A model generated the notes under the pieces. That model saw nothing but the letters and a program-made list of their open reading frames with translations. It did not search any database and had not been told where the DNA came from. Made by a program: the position numbers and the translations under genes. From Podarcis vaucheri (lineage: Eukaryota): DNA of 64,000 bases. Shown here in pieces: positions 1 to 12,700 of this stretch. The stretch is from assembly GCA_965113315.1 (NCBI GenBank), contig OZ220369.1; one strand, given 5' to 3'. Each line of letters starts with the position of its first letter. The stretch's first letter is position 1.

Positions 1-601
1 CTTAAAGATTTGCAGCCCAAGGGTATGGTCTAAGTGCCAGGCCAGGGGAATCCCTTCTCCCACCTTGGCACATCTGGATGCTTCCCATTGACAGGACTTG
101 TGACTTACTTCCCCACCCAGACTTGGCTGCTGTGACTGAATTCCCTCTCCCTTTACCAACACACACCCCCAGTGCTAATCCCTACATCACCACACCTTCA
201 CAGGATGGACTACATAGAGCATGAACTGGGTGGGTGGTATAAATCATTATCCCTTCATTCCAAAGCCATGGTGTCTTTCAAAAGCAGCCTCTGCCCATTT
301 TATTTTACAATTGGTTAAGGTGAGCCATACATAAATGCAGTTATTTATCCAGGCAACACAATCTGAAGGCTAGAAGCTAGTCTTCTGTGTTTTTGAGCCT
401 ATTTCCAAGAGCTGATTGGTGCTGGTGGCAAAAACATCTGGAAGGTGCCAAGTTGGCAAAGGTTGGTCTATAGAGAATGGCATGCCCTTCACTGGTTTGC
501 TTTGGTTAAGACCGAGTGTGGGGAACTTCTGAAAGTGCCACCAGTACATTACTTGGTGTCTCTTGTATGCACTGTGACATCTGACCTCCTTTCCTCTTTA
601 G

Positions 602-796
602 TAGAAGAAGAAGAAAATGCTTTAATTTCTGATCATGGGATGAAGCTCCTCCCTTCCAGTGCTGGGCAAACAACATCCACGGCGGCCTCTGCTCATCCTT
701 CTCTTTCCCTTAATGAGGATACCAGAACTTTCAGGGTGGAATCGAAATTTGATCAGGAGGAAGAAGAGGAAGAGGAGGGGACAGACAGAGGACAAG
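602..796 (+). CDS. HYDIN: HYDIN exon (window exon 1)
   Basis: ttag| acceptor (NAGNAG; 605 also possible), EEEENALISD...DRGQ, |gtgagt; phase 1/1; divergent acidic peptide. Confidence 0.75.
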
Positions 797-3700
797 GTGA
801 GTGAGAGCTTCTATTGCTGCTGGGACAGTGAAAAGAGCATGTCATCATCACCACTGAAAAAAGAAAATGTATGTGATGTAATGGGGAAAGATTTAGACAT
901 CCACATAGTGACATTTTGCTGCCACCTCATGGTGAAAATCTATAAGGAACTAGATCAGGAGAAAGCTTATACCAAGAACAAACTTAGTTGGTCTCTAAGG
1001 TGCTAGTGGACATTTTTTTAAAAAAATTATATATTTCAACCGCGTCAGACCAACACGACTACCTACCTGAATCTAGATCAGGAGAGTTTAGGTTCCACAT
1101 GTGTTGGAATTGTGGACCAGTGCATGTTTTCTAAATCTCAAAAATACCTGGCTTGACAAAATCCTTTTGACCCATAATTGTGTTGCATGCCATCTCCTGC
1201 AAATTTTGTTCTCCAGCATGAAGCAGCTGCAGAAGTTGTAGTGGAAATACATTATCTTGACTTTTCCCATTGGACAAAGGCTTAAGCCCTGACCACCCAT
1301 TGCTTGTGCACAGGCCCTCACTATGTTGACAGAGGAATGAGGCTTCACTCTTGGCTTGTCTGATATTGCTGATCTTTTTTGCATGTTATGTTCAGGGGTC
1401 TGTGGTGAAATTCCAATGCACAGTGTTTGATCAATGCACATGACAGCATTGGTAAGAAGTCACATAAAGGGTGTTGAGGCTGGAGGGACAGAGTGAGCAA
1501 TAGAAAGAAGAGAGATACAAGTACATTAATAATGTGATAAATTAAAACAAAAACAATTTCTTACCCTGCCTGACAGGATCAGTATAAAGCGTTCAAAATA
1601 AGCTCATTGAAACAGATTACAGGTTCTGGAGTTAGATTTATTTATTTTTAACCCCAGAGCAAATGTATAGATATATACTGTCAGTTGCAGTAAAGGATTA
1701 AAAAAGTCACAGACACCCCTGCCATCTGCAGCAGCAAAGATGAGAGAGTGGCATTCCTTATTGGGCTTAAGGATTTCTACCATTTGGCCAACCCTCTGTT
1801 CCTCCTTGAAAATAAAAGGGTCTGTGCAATTTCTGAAGATGTACTATTTGTACCCGACATCTTTCCTTTCTGAAGCCCTTTGAAGGATATGGCCTTTGAG
1901 CAAGCTGTCTATAGCCCTGATTCCTTTTCAGGAGGGAGTCAGCAAAGTGTGATCAAGAATAAGGAAGCTGTGGGAGAGCTAGACAACAACCCTGTCTCAA
2001 AAGCCATTGCGCGTCACCTTGGCATTGATATATCTCCAGAAGGACGGGCTGCCAGGAACCGCAGGGGCATTGCCATCATCATCCATGGTGCTCCCCTTAC
2101 AGGTACAGAGACCACCTCAGAGCAGCAGGGCTACATCTGTGGTGACTGTATACTCCCAGACGGCATCTGAGTACCACCATGTGCTCTGAGATCTCACTGT
2201 CATCCTCAGTTTTTTGCAGCTCTCTTCTGAATATTTTTTAGTTTGTGAACAACTTTTTTGGGAGCTGAAGGACTCGAGGCATTTTCTTGCCAAGGCTGAT
2301 GCTAACCGTGGGCTAAGCTAGAGGTGCGCTTAATGCAGAGCAGGCATAGTGACCTGCCTTGTTCTTCCTTGATGAATGGCGGGTGCCAGGGAGAGGGGAT
2401 TTGCCCTGGGAATGCAGCCATGCTCCTGTTTTAGAGAGTCTGTTGAGAACTCCCGTTAGAACTCTCCCCAGACCCCACCCATCCATCACTGCTGGCCCTT
2501 CTGGTTTACTCCCCCCCCCCATGTTTTTGTCTTACTGGACTATGTCCTTGAATTATTGCTTCTCTGGAAGAGAGGGGTAAGTGAGAGAGTATGTAGAAAC
2601 TGGCTTACTGTTCACATTCATTGTTCCACCCACTTTTGCTTCCGGCCCCACCCCCCACTGCCATGTGGCCCTCAGAAAGTTGTCCAGAAGAGAATGTGGC
2701 CCTTAGACTGAAAAAGCCCCTCCATCCCAGATATAAAGGGATGCCAATAAATGATGGATGGTGAAAGTGTGTGTGTGTTTACCAATACCTTTGTCTCTGA
2801 TTTCTCTAGGAAAGTCCAGTGCAGCCATCACCCTTGCCAAACACTACAGTGCTGCTTGCTTATCCATTGATTCTGTGGTCTTGGAAGCCATCTCTGATGG
2901 GAACACTTCAGCAGGGCTTCGTGCTCGTGAACTCTGCATCCGAGCTGCCATTGAACTGGCACAACGGGAAAATGAAGAGGGGGGTAAGTGGGGGTTGGGG
3001 GGGTCTTCAACATCATGGCAAGTACCCATCTGGCCTTTGCCTGTGCTCCCCATAGCCCATCCTCAGTGAACTTTTACTCTCTTCTCAGGACCAGCTTGAC
3101 TCTCACCCCAGCAGGGTATATCCAGTGGTGGGGTAGTAGTTGGAGCATTGGAATAGGACTTGGGAAACAAGGGATCAAATCCACACTCGGCTACTTAAAT
3201 CCTCACTCAGCTTCAGCTCACCTTGGACCAGTCATGATCTCTCAGCCTAACCTACCTTGCAGTGTTGTTGTGGTAATTAAATGAGATGGGGGAAGAACCA
3301 CGTATGCCTTCTTGAGTTCTTTGGAGGAAAAGATGGGATAGAAATGTAACAATTAAATAGCAAATACTCTCCCATAGGGAAACTACTTGAAGGTATGTCT
3401 TGCCTAGCGGCAAATTAGGAAAACCTTAATGTTATCATGAAGGCTGTGGAGACCTGAGCTGACCCAACAGTGACCTTGGTGTGAATGTTCTGCAACCCCA
3501 CATCTGAGAGGGCCTCTAGCAGCTCAGTCAGGGAGGCTGTTGTGAGCTGCACTAACTACATGCCCAGTCTGACCTTTTGGCCCAAAACTAGATACAGGCC
3601 CCCAAAACCTGGCTCTGGGTAAAGAGGCCTAGTGGAAGAGAGCACAGTGCTCCCTCCCCTTGCTTATGCTGACACTGCAATGGGTAGCCAGGCAGACATA

Positions 3701-6700
3701 GTTGGCTGAGGCCAACCTTTCCCAATTCACCCACTGAGATCTCATCACTATGCCTTGCCAAGTTTGGATGCTGAAGTAGTGTTCACTTCTCTGACTTGTA
3801 AAACATCAAGGAACTATTTCTGTCTGTCTGTCTTTCCCATCAAGGAACTGAAGGGCAGCTCACCCTGCCTCTGAATAACAGGCTCAGTACAGAGGCTCTG
3901 GGTAAGCACACCTCAGAAGGCAGCCATAGTTCAGAGTCCAAAACAGGACCCCTCTCAGCCATCTCTAGAGGCTATAGGGGAAGCACGGCGACGGCAAAGG
4001 GCAAGTCTGAAGGTCACACATCACAAAAGCAGCAGCAGCATCAGCAATCTGATCAACCTGGATCCCAGGTGAGAGAACTGAGGAAGAGCAATGACCCAGT
4101 GGTAGAGCCTATGCTTGGCGTGCAGAAGGTCAAAGGTTCAATTGTTGACATTCCTAGGATGGAATGGGGAACTACCCTGCTTCGTTTAAAATCCTGGAGA
4201 GCCTCTGCCAGTCAGTGTAGACAGGCCTCCACCAACCTGGTGCCCTCCAGGTGTTGGACTACAACTCCCATCAACCCACCAGGTTGGTGTAAACCATACT
4301 GAGCAAGATAGACCAATGGTCCAACTCACTGTAAGGCAGCTTCTTAAGATTTGCCAAAAATTCCTGCCACCCCGTTGCCCCTTCCTGAGGGGAATAGTAT
4401 GGTGTCCCAATGCTGAGGCCTAGTGCCCCTTGTAATGCCATTCTGTAAATACTTCTGATACACCTACCTTTCTCTCAGGTGGGTCTCCCAATGGTCACCC
4501 ATCCAGGAATTGATTAGTTTGTATTTGCTTTGCTTCAAGAATGCTGCAGCAACTTCAGGTCCTCTCAGACCATACTGTGGATTCCTTTTCTTATACTGTT
4601 GAGGTGTTTGGGCCCCTGCAGACATACTTTTTAGTGCAGATTCACAATGATACAGCACTAATGTTCTGGCTTATACTTGTCCTGGTTTTATTGCAGTGCA
4701 ACTTCTCCAGCCAGCAATTACACAGTAGCATTGTAGAACAACTAATAAAGCAGAATAAACCTACTGCTGATACACTATTACTGTGTCAGAAATGTTTTGC
4801 AGAATACACCCAAAGCAATATACTACCTGTCTAGAGTGGCCTTTGGTTAAACATTCCTGTTTTCATGCCTTGAGGGCAGTTCTTACCAGGCTGTCTTGCT
4901 GGCCTTGGAGCCACTGGAAAAAAATGGGTGCTGATGCAGCTGCCCTTGGGAAGAGGAGCCACTTGTGGCTGGTCCACTTGTCTTGACACTTGTTTAGAGC
5001 TGCCCCTCTGCCCTTTGATAACCAGGTGCTTGGAGAGAGCAATGCATACATCAGGCCTCTGAAGCACCTTCCTTGGAAAGACATCCTGCTGGTTTTGAAG
5101 TTAAATGGTGCCATTTGTGTTTAAAGTTTCCCTTAGTCAGAATTTGGCATCTGACCCTCACTCTGTTCCTGCTCTCACAGAGGGCAGCCCAGATGGCCAA
5201 GGACAAGAGACACATCTTAATGGGAGGCACAAAAAGACCTCAGCTTTGAGAGACTGGCCCAGAGAGCCATATTTTGTGGAAAGATCAATTTTCAAAGTGT
5301 TGTGTATTTATTAGTTTGTATATGTGTTTCTCTTTCTGCCTCTTCCCTGCCTCAGACTCCCCTCCCTTGTCCTCTTGGCAATTGACCATGCTTTATTCCA
5401 TCTCCCTAAGCTGGGAGGGAAAGTGGTGACCCAGGGGTGGCTGAGTTGAAGGGAGAAGCAGGTGCCTTCTAGCTCAGCAGGTTTCTTGTAGGAACTTTCT
5501 GTCTTATCCCCAATTTACAGATTCCGTCCAGCCCTATTCCCAGTGCTCCGATCCAGCGGCGCCTTAGCCTCTGTGGCAGTGTGGCAGGAGATTACGGCCT
5601 GTTGAGCTGTGTGCTTCCAGAGGAGCTATTGGTGGAGATTCTTTCAGAGAGGATGCAGGTAACAGCAGCAAAGGGAGACACTAGCCATGCAGCCTGGGGG
5701 TCTCACAGTGGTTCCATCTGGAATCCTGGGTCTGGGTCTGCACAATGTCTGCCTGCCAGGTCAGGAGTATCCTGTCCCTTCCTGCATAAAGGACCATGGC
5801 AGAGTTGCAGATGGCTTTCTAGGGTCCCTTTTCCTGGTGTGATTCCAGTGGAGAGCCAGTGTGGCCCAGAGTCCTGTGCACTTGGCTATCAAAGACCCAT
5901 TGCCAAATCACAATTCCTGGCCAATCACAATAAAGAAATGGAGGGACCATGAGCACCTGTCAACCTCAGTTTTTCATTCTAAAATGAGAGTACAGTGGTA
6001 CCTCGGGTTACATACGCTTCAGGTTACATATGCTTCAGGTTACAGACTCCGCTAACCCAGAAATAATATCTCAGGTTAAGAACTTTGCTTCAGGATCAGA
6101 ACAGAAATTGTGCTCTAGTGGTGCAGCAGCAGCGGGAGGCCCCATTAGCTAAAGTGGTGCTTCAAGTTAAGAACTGTTTCAGGTTAAGAATGGACCTCCG
6201 GAACAAATTAAGTACATAACCAGAGGTACCATTGTACCAATGATACATTTATTGCAGGCAATTTTATCACTACTATCATTATCAATTCTTGTTCCATCAT
6301 GGTACATAGTGCTTTATTGAAATATTGTGAACTAAAAAAGTCAGGTTTTTGTCACAAGGAGTTTATAGATCAAATGTTGGCAGTTGTGAAGACTGCCAAG
6401 AAAATGGGGAGAGCAAAGAATTGAAGAGATGAGTGTGAGCAGGTAAAGTTACCTGCACTTAGAGTCTCTTGTAGCTGGCAAACAAGAATTAGGGTTTCCT
6501 ATGGTGCTAAGGGCTATGGATCACTTCTACTTCCAATGAGCTTTAAAAATGTGGAGCAGTAGCTATAATCTAGATCCAGTTGTCTAGCAGGATTCCCATA
6601 AAATGTATTTTGCAAAGATGGTTGTGAAGTATCCCAGGCTCCACAGACAAAGAGAGGATGAAAGTTATATTTTGATGATGAATGCAGCTATACTAGAGGG

Positions 6701-9700
6701 CCACAGTGGGCGATGCTTGGGGAAAATGGAGAAAGGCCAAGGAGGCAGCAGATTTGCCAGAAAAAGCTGTGGCTTCCAGTTAAAGGGCCTGGGGTGGGTG
6801 GCCTCAGGTCTCTCCCTCTGTGTTCCAGTGTTACATAGCTAGATGCCACAGCAATAGCACTGAAATCCTAACTGGCATTATTACCGAGGTGCAGGAGCCC
6901 AGGTGAGAGTGCCCTGCAAGGAGGCTTCTTGGCCAGTAGCTGGCTTGGGTGCCTTAACTCCCTTTTCCAACAGGGAAGAATGGGAGTTGGTTTGCTTTCC
7001 AGCAATTCAGTGGTGCTTCAGCTGATTTTAGAACCACTTTACTTATTTATTTAGAGCATTTGTACCCCACTCATCTGCCAAAAAGGTTCCCATAGTATCT
7101 TACATACAATGTTAAATTAAACAGTCCCTGCGCACACAGACTTACAATCTAAGAAACACAACACACAAGGAAAAATGGATAGGGTGAGAAAAGGGGGGAA
7201 AGCAAACCAGGCACCACTTCTTAAATATTAGTTCTCAGCATGACCAGCTGCCATATGAACAGTTCAGGGGCCGGAGGTGCCTTATGGAGCTGTTTTTTGG
7301 CAAAGCTGATGGGATGAGCCTCCTGCTTCCCATCTCTCTCATGCAGGTAGCCTATCAGCAGAGTGACTGCTGCCAGGTGACTCCTGCTGCAACAGGATCT
7401 GTGCCTGGCAGTGGCCAAAGCCTTGCCTGAGCCTAACGGGGATGTGCTTTCATTTTCCAACAGCTGAGCGACTGCTATCGTGGCATGGTGTTTGATGGGC
7501 TGGATACCTTGTTTGCCCGCAGCATGGCATCGGCGCTTACCTGTCTACTCAAAGCTATCAACAACAGGCGCCACATCTATTTTGTGAACCTGTTCCAGGA
7601 CTTTGTTGCTATGAAAGCCAGAGAGAAGGCCAAGCAAGAGCAGGAAGGTAAGGAGGAGGAGTAGGAGTTGGGAAGGTGGTGGTCCCTTGCTTAGCCCAGC
7701 TGTTCCTCTTTGTTTTGCTTCCAGTTGCTGAGAATCAGGGATGGGGGAGAAATTCACTTTTGTATATTTGGTTTACAGGCTTTCCATACATTAGGAAAAA
7801 TCTTCACTTGCCCCCGGTTTTCAACAATTTGGGTTTGTTCCCACAAAAAGGTGGTTTCCTTTAAAAACTCAACAATCTTGGGGTCTTGCTCAACAACTAT
7901 GTGGGTGCCAGGAAATTAACTTTGTGAAATATGGCAACCCCAAGTGTGCATAAAAATGCAAATATAAGGGAACGTTGCTTTGCAAAAATGTGTTTTAGGC
8001 AAAACTGCATACAAACTTACGTATATTAGGAAAAATTAGCAGTCAAATGTTGATGAATTTTCATGAGGATTTGTTTTTTATTTTTATTTTTTTAAAATGC
8101 AAACTCATTTGGAAATGTGGAAAACAAACTGAAGAGTGGAAAGGTGAGAAATGGAAATGGAGAGATTCACCCCTCCCTACTGTATATAGAACCCAATCAT
8201 TCTCTCCCAGGATTTTAGCTTAATGCTACTACTCAGTTTGATTTGCAACTCCCCTGTTTTGCTGTCCCCACCCCCTGATATTTGCTCTGCAATAAATTTA
8301 ATGGGTTGGGGGCATGGGTGGCATGAGGTATTGCCACTTGCCTTGGATGTGGCTCTCCTGGTAAGTTTCTGGTGTCTTTCTTTCTCCTTTGTCTGCTTGG
8401 AAGAACGGGAGCAGCAGGAGGCCATTGCAAGAGAGAAGGTTCGTCTTCAGGAGATGGATGAAGAGGAGTATGATGCTCTCACCGAAGAACAAAAAGTCCA
8501 GTTTGATCATGAACTTTTGCTGGCCCTGCGTGAGAGAAAAAAGAGGTCAGAGCAGGCCTGGGAATATACCGTATTTTTTGCACCATAACACTCACTTTTT
8601 TCCTCCTAAAAAGTAAGGGGAAATGTCTGTGCGTGTTATGAAGGGAATGCCTACGGGTGGCATGCCTACGGATTTTCCTCCTCTAAAAACTATGTGCGTG
8701 TTATGGTCGGGTGCGTGTTATAGAGCGAAGAATACGGTACTCTGTCCCTTAAAGAGCGGGGAGGACATTGTCACTGTGGGCAGTGATTGTAGAGTTATCC
8801 TTAGGAATGGATGTAGTTCGCTGGTCATTTCCATTATAATATTTGCTGTTCTTCATCCTCTCATTGTGACTTCTTTCCCCAGGCTTGATCCCTGAACTGT
8901 GAGAAGCACATGTCCCCGAGGGTGTTTAAGCATGTAAACTGGGGGAGATGAGGGCAAATAAGCATACTTTGAAAGGTTCAAGAAGGAGACCCTAAATGCT
9001 GAGCCAACATTCAGACAGCCCAACACACTGCAACCAGAATGTGATGATGGTACCAAATCCCTGTAGTTCCAGTTTCTGGAACTAAGAGTTCAGATTCCAC
9101 CTCATCCTCCATATCAGAGCCCTGTTGACTCCAGGCTCCAAAATAGGCTTCAAAGGGCCAAAATGACTCTCACCTGCCAAAGGTTGGCTGGCCCATGGTG
9201 CACCTGATGACATAATGAACTGCTCAAACAGCCTCCCTATATAGTCTTCCTAGCTGAAGAAGGACCCCCCCCCTCTCTCTCTCTCACACACACACTTTGT
9301 ACTTCTTACTGATAGCTGAGGAGGGAGTGGGAGAAGAGGGCAAGAGGTTTCACAAGGACATTCTTGCTCGTGGTTGGGGCATCCTAAATTGCTGGTCATC
9401 CTGGAAGCCATACTTCTCCCCATGCCTAGTTACCCGGGTTGCATTTGCCTGGCATCGGAGCCTCCCAACTGCAGCCAGCTGTTGCCTTTTTAGCCAGAAG
9501 CAGGGGTGGGAAGGCCTCTGGGCCCTTTTGAGTACTCTGAGATGGGGTTCGGTGGCTGAAGAGGCTGAGCTGATTCATACTTGATCGGGGGGGGGGGGGA
9601 AGCTTGATTGGGGGAAGTTTTTCAGGCACCTGGGAAATGAATTAAGTTCCTGATTTTCCTGTGTGCCATGCATTGAAGGGAGCAGGAGAAGCTGGCTCGG

Positions 9701-12700
9701 GAGCTGGAGGAGAAGAAGCACCAGCAGGAACTGGAGCGCCTGCGGGAGGAGGAGGAGATGAAGAGGAAGAGCAAGCGCTACAAGAGGGAGGCAGCAGTGG
9801 CCAAGGACAAAGAGGAGGCTGCAGCAAAGAAGGCCCAGCAAGGAGGCAAGCAAGTAAGTCCCAAGCAGCCCTTGAACCCAGTGGTTCCCCAATGGGTGGT
9901 GCTTGCCCCTCCCACCAGGGGACAGTGGGATTACACTTGGATCCTTTAGAATGCTTGAAAGGGTGGCTATCTGGGCTCCTAGTTGCAAGGCTGAAGCTGC
10001 GTACTTGACAGGCTCTCCCTTTTCCCCTTGGTTCTGCTCTTCCAGAACGCCCCAGTGCCTGCTTTGAAATCTGACGGGAGGCTGAATGAAGGGATCGAGC
10101 GGAAAGCATCCACCAAGGAGCGCCCAGAGTTTAATGTCAATGACAAAGATGAGAAGAAGAGGAAAAGTAAGGCGGGCCCACAGAATGGTCAGCCAGGAGC
10201 TGCCCCACCCGTAGCCCAGGAAGATGAGGAAGCCGAGAAGGAAATGATGAGCGAGAGTGAGAAGAACTTGGCTCTGAGGTTCAAGCTCTACGATGCCAAC
10301 CAGAAAGACATAGTCCAGATCCTGACCTTCTGGGACAGAGTTCAGTTGGTGCAGCTGCTGCCACCCGGCTCTGAAGAGAAGCAGGAGGAAGCAGAGGACC
10401 AGCGGCAAGCACCCTCAGGCCGCAAGGGCAGGAAGGACAGGGAGAGAGAGCGCCAGGAGAGATTAGAGAAGGAGAGAGCAGAGAAGGAGCGCCTGGAGAA
10501 AGAGAGAGTGGAGAGAGAGCGCCTAGAGAGGCTCAAAGCGATGGAGGACAACAGGGCTGGAGGGCAGGAGGGAGTAGGGGGAGAACCAGATGTGGGGATC
10601 CCATGCTTGGAGTTCCAGGTGCTCAGTTCCGAGGACTCCAGTGGCAAGAGGATCCTGGAGAGTGGCAAGCTGCCAGATATCGTCCAGGTGAGGACCCTCA
10701 GTGATTTTCACAGAATGTGGGCTAGCCTCCACACACCAGAGAAATGGGGATTATTCTAGTGGAAAGGAACCACTCCAGTATTAGCAAGAATGTAGAAATT
10801 TAGCTTGAGGGAGCCTTACAGATGTGATGGAATCCAGAAGACTTCAGTTTTCATTTAGAGAATAAGCATGATTCTAGCTCTCATAGAATATTGGTTTAAT
10901 TGTTTATGCACAGCACAGGCAGGTCTTCAGGCAGGCAATGGCAGTTTGAGACAGGCAAATGGCTCATAGTCTCGAGAAAAGAATGGCCAACAGATCCAGA
11001 CATCCTTTCATGCCATCCTTCAACAGCTATGGTGCTGTGGGCAGCTGGTCTTTTAAATCCGCATTCTATGTGTGGGAAGGATGCAGTTCCACCTAGATGC
11101 CTCTAGTCTCCCGTGGCCGATACTAGGAAGAACAATATGCCCACTGGTATAAAGAAAGAGGCAGGTCATTTCATTTGCATTTTACAATAGCAGCATTGCA
11201 ATGAGGCCTTAATATAGCTTTCTTTCTTGCTGTAGATCTTGAATGGCTTGGGACTGGGTCCTTCTGGGCCACCCATTCCTCCCACTGCCTGTTTCTCTGT
11301 GATCCCATATCCGGAGAAGCGGGCAGCACCAGTTCCTGGAGAAGCTCTCAAGCATTTCACCTTCCTCTTACCTGAAGATCCAAGTCTGGAGGAGGACAAG
11401 AAGGAGACTGAGAGTAACTTGGAAGTTCCAGTGAATCTCCCTACAGTAAAGGTAGAGGGCCTCTTTGCTCCTTCATGGGAAAAACAGAACCTGAGAAGGG
11501 GAAAGTCTGCCAATAAAGTTGCACAATAAGGAGGACTGACAAATGCCATTGTGATCAGGGAAGCTGGGTTTGTTGCCTGGGAGGCAAAACTAAAAAAATG
11601 AACCCCTTCTCCATCCAGTCAGGTCTTTGGGTTCCTCTATACGTATGCTTGTTTTCTGTTTGACCCATGCTTTCTAGCCAGGGGTCTGTCTTTGCCCCAC
11701 CGCTTTCCCCCAGAAAACCTGCTCTTCAGTGCTGAATCAGAGCAAATGTCAATCCACGGAAAACCTGATTGCTGTTTGTTCCAACTGAGCAATAAACAAT
11801 GGGTTTTCCTGGGAGAAAGCAATGGGGCAAACAGAAGTATGCGTGAGCCCTCTGTTACATACACTGACCAGGTCAGCATGCTGACTAAATCAGAGGTAAG
11901 GCTGCCTTAATTGCCAGGCATGTGAAACACATCACACTGGATGGAAAGGAGCACCCCCAACTGCCGTTGACCAAGGGAGAGATGCCGGCATTTGGGGAAG
12001 ACAAAGATGATGTTGATCCAGAATGAGACTTAAGAAAGCAAAAAACTTTTCACGCATAAAAAATACTAAAATTTTAAACTAGACAACAGTTCTGACTACT
12101 AGACTTAAGTGGCAATTGCATACTCGCTTACCTGAAAGTAAATAATACAGAACTCAGTGGGCTTACTTCAGAGTAGATATATTCAGGATTGTACTGTAAT
12201 AAGCTGCCTGCTTCTCTCTTTCCTCCTGTGTTTCTTCTGGGTCTTAGGAGGAACAGACAACCCCAACCCGAGGCAAGGGCAAGAAGGAGAAAACCGACAT
12301 AACCCGTGATTCTTCAAAGGATAAGAAAGGCAGCTCTCGTGGCAGGAAGGGTATTCATCCTACCCCTGGTGCAGTAACAACTCTGTCAGAGCTAGATCAG
12401 GGTGGCCTCACAGGGGAACCATCTACTGAGAAGCTCAGCCGGTAAGGGGGCAAGCAATAGGGCCTGGGGCATGTCTCACAGCAGACAGAAAGCGCTTGTG
12501 TGCCTCTGGCTAGCCAGGGCTGGGGTGCGGCTTAAAACATTGGCTGAGCAGAAGCAAAAAGTGAGCCTTGCATGCTGATCTGGTGGGGGTGAGGGTGGGC
12601 AGAACTCTGCTCCTATGATCCTTGCATACCCATATACCCCACCCCAGTTGTTTGAGGTAGACTCTTTGTGCTTTGTATTCCACAGGTTGACCTGCTTTCG

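Noticed and set aside
9854-10045. 192-nt (3n) intron as a candidate in-frame retained intron
   Set aside because: Contains an in-frame TAG at 9947-9949.
9575-10408. 277-aa minus-strand ORF, the longest in the track
   Set aside because: Leu/Pro/Ser-rich shadow of purine-rich HYDIN exons 8-9; no independent sign of coding.
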